A stretch of DNA of 59,878 bases from an uncultured Alphaproteobacteria bacterium (GTDB lineage Bacteria; Pseudomonadota; Alphaproteobacteria; RF32; CAG-239), in the NCBI GenBank assembly GCA_944391375.1, contig CALXTJ010000003.1, positions 1 through 59,878 on the forward strand. Reading direction: 5' to 3'. Below, piece by piece: positions 18,662-29,033 of this stretch. A model generated the notes under the pieces. It was not told the DNA's origin. It made no database searches and saw only the letters and a program-made list of their open reading frames with translations. The translations under genes and the position numbers were made by a program. How positions within the stretch are numbered: position 1 is the stretch's first letter; each line of letters begins with the position of its first letter.

Positions 18662-19456
18662 TTATTTTGAGAAAAATATTTCGGTTAAAACATAGTTGAA
18701 AATCAACACCAAAATAGAGGCCGAAACCACCGCATTGGTAGTAGCCTGACCAACTCCTTGAGCTCCGCCTTTGGAACGATAGCCGTTATAACATCCCATT
18801 AAAGCTACAATAAAACCAAATACCGCCGCTTTAACCAAACCTGAAACAATGTCTATGCTTTCCATATTCTGTAAAGTAGAGTTAATGTAGTTGGCCGGAT
18901 TAAATCCTAACTTGTAAACCCCTACCACATATCCGCCAAATATTCCGATAATATCGCCTATTAAAACCAAAATCGGCAAAACAATTACCCCTGACCACAA
19001 ACGCGGAGCTATTAAATATTTAAACGGATTGGTAGATAAGGTTACCAAAGCATCTATTTGCTCGGTTACCCTCATAGTGCCGATTTCAGCCGCCATTGCC
19101 GCTCCGACACGGCCGGCTACCATTAACGCCGATAATACCGGTGCCAACTCACGCGTTACCGATATCAACACTACCGAAGCTACTGCACTCTCCGCTCCGA
19201 AACGAGCAAACCCCGAATAACTTTGCAAAGCTATTACCATGCCGGCAAATATGGTAGTTAAACCTACTACCGGCAATGAATAAAAACCCATTTCCAAAAG
19301 CTGTTTGATAAAGTTTTTAACATAAAACGGCGGCGTAAAACAATGATATAAGGCCTTAACAATAAAAAGAGTTAATTCGCCCAAACTGATAATAAATTTT
19401 ACCAGCGGCTTGCCTAACTTCCTTAAAAAATGTTCAACCTGATGTTTTTTCATCAT
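18662..19456 (-). CDS. mlaE: MlaE family lipid ABC permease
   Basis: RELAPVL, AEIGTMRVTEQIDAL. Confidence 0.93.
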   Translation of the reverse strand: MMKKHQVEHFLRKLGKPLVKFIISLGELTLFIVKALYHCFTPPFYVKNFIKQLLEMGFYSLPVVGLTTIFAGMVIALQSYSGFARFGAESAVASVVLISVTRELAPVLSALMVAGRVGAAMAAEIGTMRVTEQIDALVTLSTNPFKYLIAPRLWSGVIVLPILVLIGDIIGIFGGYVVGVYKLGFNPANYINSTLQNMESIDIVSGLVKAAVFGFIVALMGCYNGYRSKGGAQGVGQATTNAVVSASILVLIFNYVLTEIFFSK

Positions 19457-19467
19457 AAAATCCTTCT

Positions 19468-19944
19468 TTAGTCTGCCTTTATTGTATGTATTTTTTTATA
19501 ACAATCAAGAACTGCCTTTAATTTTATAACAATCTTATCTGCTGCGGAAACCTCAAAAGCATAAAGCTTGATTAACGGTATGCGACAACCCTTAAATTCA
19601 AAAAACTCAGCCTCAGGCATCCTTTCAACTTTTTCGGCACTATCTACCAACTCTACCGCCATTTTAACGGCAATATCTTCAATGTACGGAACTTTTACAA
19701 TCCCTACCCCTCTTACCTCCAGTAACCCCTTAAGGTTTTGAGGAGCATAAGCGTAAATTATACCCTCTTTTAAGCAAATATCCGTACGGTCGTCTGCTAC
19801 CAACACCGCCTCTTTATTTTCAATTAAACGCAAGGCTAAATCAGATTTTCCGCTGCCGCTTTTTCCTAAAAGCAAAATGCCTGCTTTTTTTATGCTGACA
19901 CAAGTGGCATAAATGTTTGATGTTTCAGAGTTCTGATTGTTCAT
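19468..19944 (-). CDS. hprK: Short HPr kinase/phosphorylase (alphaproteobacterial type)
   Basis: GKSGSGKSDLAL, LVADD, GLLEVRGVG. Confidence 0.85.
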   Translation of the reverse strand: MNNQNSETSNIYATCVSIKKAGILLLGKSGSGKSDLALRLIENKEAVLVADDRTDICLKEGIIYAYAPQNLKGLLEVRGVGIVKVPYIEDIAVKMAVELVDSAEKVERMPEAEFFEFKGCRIPLIKLYAFEVSAADKIVIKLKAVLDCYKKIHTIKAD

Positions 19945-20416
19945 CGGGTAATCGTCCGGCTCTTAAAATTCGTTCTTTTTTACCTTTATCTTCGGTTTGC
20001 AGAGTAATTTTGCGAGTATTATCTTGTAATATTTCTATTGTAATGCGTAAAATGTTACGCGGCAGATATCCGCCCATTTTTTCCGGCCATTCAATTAAAC
20101 ATATGCCCTCATGCATGGCTTCTTCTATGTTTAATTCCCATATCTCTTCAGGCGATTTTATGCGATATAAATCGTAATGGTAAATTTCCGTATTACCGGC
20201 ATCATAAGTTTGCAACAAGGTAAAGGTTGGGCTCGGAACTTCCTCGGCCTTACTCAACTCCTGTATAAAGGCTCGGGAAAACACGCTCTTTCCCGCACCT
20301 AAAGTACCAAACAAGGCCCACACATCTCCGACTTGAGATGTTTTGGCCAGAGCTTTAGCTAAATCAAGAGTATCTTCCTCTTTGGGGCAACTGTAAACTG
20401 CCTTAAATGTCATCAA
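19925..20416 (-). CDS. tsaE: t6A biosynthesis ATPase TsaE
   Basis: GTLGAGKS, VPSPTFTL, HYDLYR, IEWPE. Confidence 0.95.
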   Translation of the reverse strand: MMTFKAVYSCPKEEDTLDLAKALAKTSQVGDVWALFGTLGAGKSVFSRAFIQELSKAEEVPSPTFTLLQTYDAGNTEIYHYDLYRIKSPEEIWELNIEEAMHEGICLIEWPEKMGGYLPRNILRITIEILQDNTRKITLQTEDKGKKERILRAGRLPDEQSEL

Positions 20417-21492
20417 TCAAACATTCCTTTGCTTTTCTTTTTGGGCTTAATAACTTTTATATCCGCTTTACGAGATTGCAATTTACGCCAATCCCAAGGT
20501 TTATAAAATGTTCCCTGCCACAAACCGGCCCGATTTTTTTGAGCCTGTATTTCATAAGGATAGTAGATGTCGGTATATTTCGGATTGGAAACCGCCCAGC
20601 CGGCATTGACTAACGCCGCTCCCAAATCATACGGACCGTAAGAACAGGTGCCCACCATGTTACCTTTGGTATCTTGCTGAATAACATGGCATTCAAGCTC
20701 GTTATCCAATATCCAGTTTTTAAGCCACATTGCCGCTTCTCGTCCGCAATTATACGCTCTTCCTTGCCGATTGGCACAGGTTTGATTAACTTCCGGGGCA
20801 TCTATACCGAAAAGTTGGAAAATTTTACCGTACATTTCCAATGTGTCTCCGCTTATAACCCTAACCGACCCGTAAACAACCGGATAGTTATTGGGGTTAA
20901 AAGCTTGCGGTTCTTGTTTGGCTTTTTTTCCGACAATCTTGGCTACCATATTTTCGGCAAATCCCGGTTCTTCTTTTTCTTCCTTGTATTCATCTGCCGA
21001 AACGGGCTCCGGATTTCCTCCGAACAAGTTGGGACTGGCTTTGTCCTCATTGTTTTTCTCTACTTTGCCGGGTGTTGCGGAGGAGCGTTTAACATCTCTT
21101 TCAAAATTTTCCGAAGCTCTGACCTTTCTTTGTGGCTCTTCTTGATAATTTTGCTCTTCTTCCATACTTGCCGCCGACATGCTTTCCGTGTTACCGCCCT
21201 TGTAGCCTACAAAATCGCTTAGAGCATCACCGACGCCGCTTATCCCGTTATTAAACATTCCCAAAGCATACATCATAAAACCGGCTATTGCCAACAATAT
21301 AAACAATGAAGGCATACAACCTAAGCCTTTCCACATCATGCGGCCGAATATGTATAAAATTATTAACCCGACCAACAGTCCAAAAAAGCCTAAGCCCTGC
21401 ATAAACAAACTACTGCTTTGTGTTCCCGAGCCGCCGGCATATATTAAGCCTAACACTCCGAGCCCGATAAAAATTCTTTTTAAAAAAGCCAT
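20413..21492 (-). CDS. Membrane-anchored thermonuclease (SNase-like) protein
   Basis: VISGDTL, LFGIDAPE, GWA...AQKNRAGLWQG in the C-terminal half; TM segments at the N-terminus. Confidence 0.82.
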   Translation of the reverse strand: MAFLKRIFIGLGVLGLIYAGGSGTQSSSLFMQGLGFFGLLVGLIILYIFGRMMWKGLGCMPSLFILLAIAGFMMYALGMFNNGISGVGDALSDFVGYKGGNTESMSAASMEEEQNYQEEPQRKVRASENFERDVKRSSATPGKVEKNNEDKASPNLFGGNPEPVSADEYKEEKEEPGFAENMVAKIVGKKAKQEPQAFNPNNYPVVYGSVRVISGDTLEMYGKIFQLFGIDAPEVNQTCANRQGRAYNCGREAAMWLKNWILDNELECHVIQQDTKGNMVGTCSYGPYDLGAALVNAGWAVSNPKYTDIYYPYEIQAQKNRAGLWQGTFYKPWDWRKLQSRKADIKVIKPKKKSKGMFD

Positions 21493-21557
21493 GTCTTTTT
21501 CCTAAAAATTTTAATCTTTGCCTAAATTAAAACATACAAAAGTTAAGATTGCAATAA

Positions 21558-23321
21558 TTATTCATACAATTGCGGCAACACTTCCTTGTCTGTTTTTTTT
21601 GATTTGTTTTTAATTACTCGTTCCAAACTGTCGGCAAATACTTTTGGGTTCCAAAGTACCTCATCCTTAGGATTATACAGTTTAGTTAAAATTATATCCA
21701 TCTGCCGACCAAACTCTTCATCGTCGGCGGCTTTGGCGATATCTTTTAAGTTGTTTATCGGCTTATCATCATAAAATCCGGTTGCCCAGGAAATTAAGCC
21801 GTCTCGTAAGGCTCTGAAATCATTTTGATAAGCTTTTTTGATTAAAAATGACGGATATTGACGCATTTCACACTCAGGTTTGGCTCGGTTTTTGTTTTGA
21901 TATCTTAACAATAAATATCCTAACAACAAACCGCAGATAAAGGCTAAGCCCAGCCCAAAATACTCATATTGCGGTTGAGTATTTGCTTGAGGTTGCGGCA
22001 TTTTCATCGGAGCTAAGTTTTCCGGCTCAGCTTTGGGCTCCGGCTCGGCTTTGACAGGTTCTGTAACTTGAGGCTCCGTTGCCGTATAACCCAATCCCGG
22101 CAAAACCTCAATTTCTTCGGCAGGAAGCAGAGCCTGCTCAAAAGTTTGAGTTTTTGTATTATACCAATCAACCTTTATCGCCGGTATGGTTATTTTTCCG
22201 GATTTTTCGGGAATATACACATTAACAATTTTTTCCTGAGCTGCCGGATTTTGATTATACAATCCGCCTTTAAGTTCCGGCTTTTCAGGATATTGCTTTA
22301 ACCCGACCGCCGACGGAAAATTTATCTCCGGCAGTTGATTTTCGGTTACTCCTACCGCTTCCAAAGTTACCGTACGGCTTATGGCCTCTCCGGCTTTAAG
22401 ATTGCTAATATCCTTATCCCATTTGCTTTCCAATCGGACGCTTTGAGCCGGAAGCCACCAACTGCCCTTATATCCGCCCGGTACCGGCAAAATGTTGATT
22501 TTTTGCTCGGGGGCTCTTAAGCTTACCGGCTTATCCATCCCAAACAATGAGGGCATACGAACACTGATGTTGAAAATATCCTGATTGAAAATATCTTCCG
22601 CCGACATATCGTTATTTAGAGTATAACCGTTAAACCATACGGCGGGAATCGTTAATTCACCGCTCTTTTGCGGAAATAAAGCGTACTTAAAAGTTATTTT
22701 GCGAATCGGGTTACCGTTTTTATCAACCTCATTTATAACCGTCGGATTACCTAAGCCTCTTATTATCCAATCATCAGCACCGTTTATGTCAAAGGCCGGT
22801 TCATTACCCCGTAAACTGCCGCTATCGGTTAAAGTTACCTCGTAATCTATTTGCTGTTGCACATAATATTTGTTATCTTGATTAACGAGTTTGGCACTCA
22901 AATAATACGGCGAAACTTTGGCTTGCTCACCATTTGTGTTTTGATTGTCTGTTGTAATACTGCTTGCATCGGCTACCGTGATTTTAAGAGGTGATGATTT
23001 ATCCTTACCGATACTGATGGACGGTATTTCCTGCTCTCCTAAACTTAAGGCCATAAGCCCGATTTGCCAACTGGTTGAGGCACTGGATTGGCCGTTGATA
23101 ATGTAATTTTGCCGTGATACAGAGGTGGAATATACCTTAAAATTGTTTTCCAAAACACTTAAATCCGGCGTGGCATTAACACTCTCATCGGCAGTTAAAG
23201 TTAAAGTAAATACCTCACCTAAAGGCACCGGGGAACGATTAACTTTGGCCGTAATATTTGCCGCCTGACAATTTAAGCTTAAACTTAACAGAAACATTAC
23301 CCATATTAAAAGTTTTTTCAT
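21558..23321 (-). CDS. BatD family protein
   Basis: Signal peptide, repeated BatD-like beta domains (YALFPQKSGELTIP), C-terminal TM. Confidence 0.88.
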   Translation of the reverse strand: MKKLLIWVMFLLSLSLNCQAANITAKVNRSPVPLGEVFTLTLTADESVNATPDLSVLENNFKVYSTSVSRQNYIINGQSSASTSWQIGLMALSLGEQEIPSISIGKDKSSPLKITVADASSITTDNQNTNGEQAKVSPYYLSAKLVNQDNKYYVQQQIDYEVTLTDSGSLRGNEPAFDINGADDWIIRGLGNPTVINEVDKNGNPIRKITFKYALFPQKSGELTIPAVWFNGYTLNNDMSAEDIFNQDIFNISVRMPSLFGMDKPVSLRAPEQKINILPVPGGYKGSWWLPAQSVRLESKWDKDISNLKAGEAISRTVTLEAVGVTENQLPEINFPSAVGLKQYPEKPELKGGLYNQNPAAQEKIVNVYIPEKSGKITIPAIKVDWYNTKTQTFEQALLPAEEIEVLPGLGYTATEPQVTEPVKAEPEPKAEPENLAPMKMPQPQANTQPQYEYFGLGLAFICGLLLGYLLLRYQNKNRAKPECEMRQYPSFLIKKAYQNDFRALRDGLISWATGFYDDKPINNLKDIAKAADDEEFGRQMDIILTKLYNPKDEVLWNPKVFADSLERVIKNKSKKTDKEVLPQLYE

Positions 23322-23322
23322 A

Positions 23323-25041
23323 TCAGCCTCCGTAACGATTTTTTTGATATTCTTTATAAATAAACGCTCTTAACAAGCCTCCCTTGTCTTCACTTATTTC
23401 CCGAAAAAGTTGCTTGCGGGCTTGAACCTCCTCATCATATCTATCATCCTTATCTCCTTCCTTGGCAGGTGCTGTTTGAGCCTTTTGTTCTTCCAAACTT
23501 TGTTGCTGTTTTTGCTCATTATTCTCACTGCTGTTTTGCGAATCTTCTTGCGGCTGCTCTTTATCTTCCTCTTTACTGTCTGAAGAAGATTTAGCATTTT
23601 GATTTTGCTCATTTTGGTTTTGCTCTTCTTTATTATTCTCTTCCGAATTTTGTTGAGAATTGTCTTTATTTTCTTGATTTTGCTGTTGATTTTGGTTTTG
23701 CGATTGTTGTTCCTTATTATCGTTTGCTTGAGATTGATTATTTTGGTTTTGTTGCTGCTGTTGTTGATTTTGTTGTTGTTTTAAGTACTCCAAATTAAAC
23801 TTGGCATCCTCATTTTGAGGGTTGATTTTTAACACTTCCTCATACTTTTCCATTGCCTCTTTAATTTTGCCGCTTTTGGCCAAGGCATTACCCAGATTAT
23901 ATAAATTATCTTCACTCTTTGACATTTGAGAATACTCTTTTACGGCCTTCTGATAATCGCCGGCTTTATACCAAGAGGCCGCCTGCCAATTACCGTCTTC
24001 AAACTTTTGAGCGGCTTGCTGATAAGCTCCTTTATTAAATTGTTGCATACCTTCTTGGTCGGCACTGTATAAAAATCCGGCAAAAGACGGCGAACTCAAG
24101 CCCATAATCAAAACAACCGCCAATATTCCCCTTCTGAAAAAATATAAACAGCACAACAGTGGTATAAACAGTAAATAATAGCCGCAGTCTTGCCAACTTT
24201 CGGTTAAGTTTTGACTCTCTTTCCAATCGGTTTTAGTTTCACTTAATTTTTTTGCAAAAACCCCGGCATTAAAATTTTGCTCAACCGCAAAAATGCCCCC
24301 GCCGGCCTCGGCCACTTCTTTTAATCTTTCTCCGCCGCTTTGAGCCACATGAACGGCGTTCACATAAATATTTTCCGCCCTTGCGGCTTTGGCTTCGGCT
24401 AAGGCTAAATTAAAATTTTTGCCGACATCGGCACTTAAAATTAAAATATTGCCGTTTTTATATCCGGCGGCTTTAATTTTTTCTTTGGCAAGCTTTATGG
24501 CTCTGTCCAACCTATCGCCGTTTAACGGCATAATATCAAAACCAACTGCCGGAAGTAAGTTGATTATCAATTTGTTATCGGCCGATAACGGCGATATTAA
24601 AAACGGTTCATCGGTATAAACCATCAAACCGCTTTCTACGCCTTTTATGTCTCGCAAAATTTCGGTTAAGTTAATTTTGGCACGAGCTAACCGATTAGGC
24701 GTAATATCGGAACTTTTCATCTCTGAAGATAAGTTTAACACAATCATTAGCGGCGTATTGCTCTCCAAAGCCGGAATTTCTTGCTTTTTCCAGCTGGGGC
24801 CGGCGGCAATGACAATCGCCGAAATTAAGCCTAAATACATCATTATCACACTTAACTTTCGTGCTCCGCTTTGCCCTTTTACCAGCAAAAACTGCAAAAG
24901 TTTTTTATCGCAAACCTTTTCCCAACTGCTTAAATTGTGGTCGTTTTTGAACACCCAAGAATAAAATAAAATCGGCACTATCAACAGTAACAGCCACCAC
25001 GGTCGCAAAAAATGAAAATTTAACAACAAACTTTCCGTCAT
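23323..25041 (-). CDS. VWA + TPR protein (BatB/BatC-like fusion) with Gln-rich tail
   Basis: FHFLRPWWL, RLARAK, YNLGNALAK, AKFNLE, Q/N-rich region. Confidence 0.88.
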   Translation of the reverse strand: MTESLLLNFHFLRPWWLLLLIVPILFYSWVFKNDHNLSSWEKVCDKKLLQFLLVKGQSGARKLSVIMMYLGLISAIVIAAGPSWKKQEIPALESNTPLMIVLNLSSEMKSSDITPNRLARAKINLTEILRDIKGVESGLMVYTDEPFLISPLSADNKLIINLLPAVGFDIMPLNGDRLDRAIKLAKEKIKAAGYKNGNILILSADVGKNFNLALAEAKAARAENIYVNAVHVAQSGGERLKEVAEAGGGIFAVEQNFNAGVFAKKLSETKTDWKESQNLTESWQDCGYYLLFIPLLCCLYFFRRGILAVVLIMGLSSPSFAGFLYSADQEGMQQFNKGAYQQAAQKFEDGNWQAASWYKAGDYQKAVKEYSQMSKSEDNLYNLGNALAKSGKIKEAMEKYEEVLKINPQNEDAKFNLEYLKQQQNQQQQQQNQNNQSQANDNKEQQSQNQNQQQNQENKDNSQQNSEENNKEEQNQNEQNQNAKSSSDSKEEDKEQPQEDSQNSSENNEQKQQQSLEEQKAQTAPAKEGDKDDRYDEEVQARKQLFREISEDKGGLLRAFIYKEYQKNRYGG

Positions 25042-26063
25042 GACCGATTTCTCCTGTATGTATAAGCCAAAATCATTGCCAGTATAATGGCTGACAACAG
25101 CGGAACATAATATAACTCCGTTTTGGGATAGATAAAGTTTTCTTCCGTTTCTTTAGGCTCTAGAGCATCTATGGCTTTATAAACATTTAACAAACCGGCA
25201 ACATCATCGGCTCTGAAATATCTTCCTTTGGTTTCATCGGCCAGCTCTTTTAAGCTTTTTTCATCCAATGATGATGTTTTAATCCCGAAAAAAGCGTTAG
25301 CCAGCGAAAAACTGCCGCCGCCGACACCTATTGTATAAACCTTAACCCCTTCTTTTTTGGCCAACTGAATAGCTTCCGGCAAACTTAATTTTCCGTCATT
25401 GTTTTCACCGTCGGTTAGTAAAATAATTATCTTGTTATTCTTACTTTCCTTATCCTCGTTTTGCAAACTTTTTAGCCCCAAGCCCAAGGCATCGCCGATG
25501 GCCGTGGAATTTCCCGCCATACCGGCTTCCATGGACATTAAAACTTCTTCAAGCGAGGTTTTATCGTAAGTAAGAGGCACTTGTAAATAAGCCCTTGTAC
25601 CAAACAAAACTAAACCAATTCTATCCGAAGGACGCTTCTTTATAAAATCGGATGCCACCAATTTAACCGCCGTTAAGCGGTCTAACCGTCTGCCCTGAAG
25701 TGCAAAATCCTGTTCCAACATGGAGGTGGAAATATCGGTTACCATTAAAATATCGCGGCCTTCGTTTTTAATGCGTATCGGCTCACCTACTTTTATCGGA
25801 CGCATAACTGCCAAAGTCAAAAGCACCCAAACCAAAAACCACAACCAAAAACTTAAGCTTAATTTATCTGAACCGGATATGCTGCCAACCCTTTGTCCGC
25901 TTTTTTCGTTAATGGCGGCAAAGTCATGCAAAAACGGCACTTGTAAAGCATCGCCGTATAAGCCCTTTACTCTCGGCAGCAAATACCGCACCGCAAACGG
26001 CAACAATACTAGAACCACTAAATACGGATACAAGAAAGTTATCATAAGTTTTCTCCTATCCAT
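25038..26063 (-). CDS. VWA domain protein (BatA-like)
   Basis: DISTSM MIDAS, TAIGDA, LLTDGENN. Confidence 0.92.
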   Translation of the reverse strand: MDRRKLMITFLYPYLVVLVLLPFAVRYLLPRVKGLYGDALQVPFLHDFAAINEKSGQRVGSISGSDKLSLSFWLWFLVWVLLTLAVMRPIKVGEPIRIKNEGRDILMVTDISTSMLEQDFALQGRRLDRLTAVKLVASDFIKKRPSDRIGLVLFGTRAYLQVPLTYDKTSLEEVLMSMEAGMAGNSTAIGDALGLGLKSLQNEDKESKNNKIIILLTDGENNDGKLSLPEAIQLAKKEGVKVYTIGVGGGSFSLANAFFGIKTSSLDEKSLKELADETKGRYFRADDVAGLLNVYKAIDALEPKETEENFIYPKTELYYVPLLSAIILAMILAYTYRRNRS

Positions 26064-26485
26064 AATTTACTGAAACTTCTTAAGCTATCATAATCTTGCG
26101 GTAAATATACATTCTCTGCCGCATACGGGGCATAAATCAACAATTCTGCCGCCTTACCCTCAAGCTTTTGTGAACAGTGTTCATTTAAAAAATCTATCCA
26201 CGGTTTATTATACAAAGCCTTCGCTTCGGGGTATTTATACAGGCAAATTCTTCGTAAAATATTTGATATATCACGGGCAGACTTTAAATTATTATTTTCG
26301 GCTTTTTGCAGCAATCTTAAAGCATAAAGTTTTTTGCTCTTTTTTCTTACCCACAAAAACAATTTATATCCGGCAATCACGGCAATTATGATTGCTATTA
26401 AAACTATCCACCAATAACCCAATGGAAACATGGTTATTTCCGGAGGAAGGTGTATGTCTTTTAATAACGGTAAATTGTTTTCCAT
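26042..26485 (-). CDS. DUF4381 family protein
   Basis: LKDIHLPPEI..PLGYWW N-terminus; position in bat cluster. Confidence 0.85.
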   Translation of the reverse strand: MENNLPLLKDIHLPPEITMFPLGYWWIVLIAIIIAVIAGYKLFLWVRKKSKKLYALRLLQKAENNNLKSARDISNILRRICLYKYPEAKALYNKPWIDFLNEHCSQKLEGKAAELLIYAPYAAENVYLPQDYDSLRSFSKLWIGENL

Positions 26486-26558
26486 AATTTATTCCTTACA
26501 TTCATATTGAATTTAAGGCGGTTTGTTTTAAATATCAAGGCCGTAATTTAAAAAATTG

Positions 26559-26580
26559 AAAGCCTCCGATGCGGAGGCTC
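26559..26580 (-). terminator. Hairpin downstream of tyrS
   Basis: AGCCTCCG/CGGAGGCT. Confidence 0.5.
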
Positions 26581-26589
26581 CCTGTTGTT

Positions 26590-27837
26590 TTAAGCTTTTA
26601 ATAAGCCGTGCTTTTTCTTACCTTGCGAAAGTTTAACCTCGCCGTTTTTGTAATCGGCACTGACGATTACATAGTTTTCATCAACTACCGTAACATCGTT
26701 TATTTTTAATCCTCCTTGCTTAATCAGACGACGAGCCTCGCCTTTACTTGCCACAAAACCGATTTGCAAAAAAGCATCCAAGACGCTTATATCACCGTTT
26801 ACCTTTATGCTCGGCAACTCACCGCCGGCCATGCCTTGCTCAAAAAGTTTAACGGCCGTTTCTTGGGCGGTCTTGGCTTCGTTTTCTCCGCGGCAGATTT
26901 TGGTGGCTTCAAAGGCTAAAATCTTTTTAGCCTCGTTGATTTCTTTATCTTGCAAAGCTTCCAAACGCCTTACCTCATCCATCGGTAAATCGGTATAAAT
27001 CCTTAAACATTTACCAACCTCGCTGTCACCGATGTTTCTAAAGTACTGATAATAGTCGTATGAGCTTAATTTTTCATCGTTAATCCATACTGCATTACCC
27101 TCCGATTTACCCATTTTTTTACCGTTGGAATCGGTAATAATCGGACTGGTAAAACCAAACAATTCAACATCGTATTTACGGCGTCCCAATTCTGTTCCCG
27201 AGACAATATTACCCCACTGGTCAGAGCCGGCAATTTGTGCCCGACAGCCGTATTTTTGGTACAATACGCAAAAATCATAGCCCTGTAACAGCATGTAGTT
27301 GAACTCTAAAAAGCTCATCGGCTGTTCTCTTTCCAAACGGGTTTTAACGCTGTCCATGGTCAACATCCGATTAACCGAATAACAGGTACCGATATCGCGT
27401 AAAAAGCTTAAGTAATTGATATCCTTAAACCAATCCCAGTTATCTACCATTACGGCATCGGAAGCATTATCTCCGAACCTTAAAAACTTGGAAAAAGATT
27501 TTTTTAAGCCTTCAATATTATGAGCTAAAGTTTGTTCATCCAAAAACGGACGAAGCTTGTCTTTACCCGACGGATCGCCGATACGAGCCGTGGCTCCGCC
27601 TACCAAAGTAAGCGGCTTGTGTCCGCATTTTTGAAACCATCTTAACATCATCAACGGCACAATATGCCCCACATGCAAGCTGTCTCCCGTTGGGTCTGAG
27701 CCTAAATAACCGACGGCCGGTTTTCCTTGCTTTTCACACTCATATAAATACTCATCAAAGCCCTCTATGTTGGTGCATTGATTGTAAAAACCCCGCTCTT
27801 GCATAATGTTGACGAATTCTGATTTAAACTTGCTCAT
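26590..27837 (-). CDS. tyrS: Tyrosine--tRNA ligase
   Basis: HVGH, QGYDF, GSDQWGNI, KMGKS, S4-like C-terminus. Confidence 0.97.
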   Translation of the reverse strand: MSKFKSEFVNIMQERGFYNQCTNIEGFDEYLYECEKQGKPAVGYLGSDPTGDSLHVGHIVPLMMLRWFQKCGHKPLTLVGGATARIGDPSGKDKLRPFLDEQTLAHNIEGLKKSFSKFLRFGDNASDAVMVDNWDWFKDINYLSFLRDIGTCYSVNRMLTMDSVKTRLEREQPMSFLEFNYMLLQGYDFCVLYQKYGCRAQIAGSDQWGNIVSGTELGRRKYDVELFGFTSPIITDSNGKKMGKSEGNAVWINDEKLSSYDYYQYFRNIGDSEVGKCLRIYTDLPMDEVRRLEALQDKEINEAKKILAFEATKICRGENEAKTAQETAVKLFEQGMAGGELPSIKVNGDISVLDAFLQIGFVASKGEARRLIKQGGLKINDVTVVDENYVIVSADYKNGEVKLSQGKKKHGLLKA

Positions 27838-27905
27838 TTTTCCTTTCCTTTATAACCAAATTTTAACGCATATTAGCATAAATTAACTATATTTCAAGAA
27901 GTGAG

Positions 27906-29033
27906 GTGATTTTTTTGACAACAATGATTAAACCTTTAACCATTTTAGGTCTTATGGGCGGAACTTCCTTAGACGGAATTAAGTTTGCCGTCGTTTCCAC
28001 CGACGGTTTGGATGTTTATAATGTAAAATCTGCCAGTAAAATTTTGTATCCGGAATTTTTGCAACAAAAAATCCGCTCCGTTTTGGGTAAAAAAATCACC
28101 AACCCTGAAGATAAAGCCTTAATTGATGAAGTTGAAGCTCTATTTACCGACTTTTTAATCAACTCAATTTCCGAAATCATCAGAGAACAAGATGAACCGA
28201 TTGATGTTATCGGTCTTGAGGGACCGACTATTTGCCACGACGGCGAAGATAAATATACCTATCAGCTCGGTAAAGGCCGCACAATTGCCGAAAAACTCGG
28301 TATAAAGTTGGTAACCCATTTTCGTAATGCCGACATCTTAAACGGCGGGCAGGGCTCGCCTATTACTGCCACTTATTATAGTGCGTTATCCCAAAATTTG
28401 GAAAAACCAACAGTTTTTATTAACATCGGCGGTATTACCAAACTTACCTGGACCGGTGCTTTGGGTGAAATTGTGGCTTTTGACTGCGGGCCGGGAAATG
28501 CTCTTATTGATGATTGGGTATTTAAACATGCCCATCTGCTTATGGATTATAACGGCAAACTTGCCGCTACCGGCAATACCCACGAAAAAATTATTGCCCA
28601 ACTTATGAAACACGACTTTTTTGCCAAGTATCCGCCAAAATCTTTAGATCGTAACTCTTTTAACGATAAAGTTGAACATTTGGAAGGTCTTTCTTTAGAA
28701 GACGGAGCGGCCACCGCTACCGCTTTTGTTTGTGAATCTATTGCCTATTCTTTGGCTTTTTACTTACCGGAAGTTCCCAAACTTGCCGTACTGTGCGGCG
28801 GCGGAGCTCAAAACCCGACTTTGGTCAGATTTATCAGACACCGCCTCAAAGAAATGGGTATTGAAACCGCTCTGGAAGATGTTTTTGATTATAAAATCGG
28901 CGATGCTCAAGCTATTGCTTTTTTAGCGGCAAGACGTATCTATTCATTACCGATTACCTTCCCGACCACCACGGGTGTGGCCGCTCCCATAACCGGCGGC
29001 GAAATTTACCAAAAGGAGCAAGAAAATGCTTAA
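27906..29033 (+). CDS. anmK: Anhydro-N-acetylmuramic acid kinase
   Basis: GLMGGTSLDG, NIGGI, FDCGPGN, CGGG; divergent from tyrS; start may be the ATG at 27924. Confidence 0.9.
   Translation: MIFLTTMIKPLTILGLMGGTSLDGIKFAVVSTDGLDVYNVKSASKILYPEFLQQKIRSVLGKKITNPEDKALIDEVEALFTDFLINSISEIIREQDEPIDVIGLEGPTICHDGEDKYTYQLGKGRTIAEKLGIKLVTHFRNADILNGGQGSPITATYYSALSQNLEKPTVFINIGGITKLTWTGALGEIVAFDCGPGNALIDDWVFKHAHLLMDYNGKLAATGNTHEKIIAQLMKHDFFAKYPPKSLDRNSFNDKVEHLEGLSLEDGAATATAFVCESIAYSLAFYLPEVPKLAVLCGGGAQNPTLVRFIRHRLKEMGIETALEDVFDYKIGDAQAIAFLAARRIYSLPITFPTTTGVAAPITGGEIYQKEQENA

Noticed and set aside
23500-23780. CAA/AAT-rich low-complexity tract
   Set aside because: Encodes the Gln/Asn-rich linker usual in BatC-like proteins.
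27906-29033. AnmK motif changes (MGGTS for MSGTS; DAQA for EAxA)
   Set aside because: Small or conservative changes; the overall motifs and tyrS linkage are intact.
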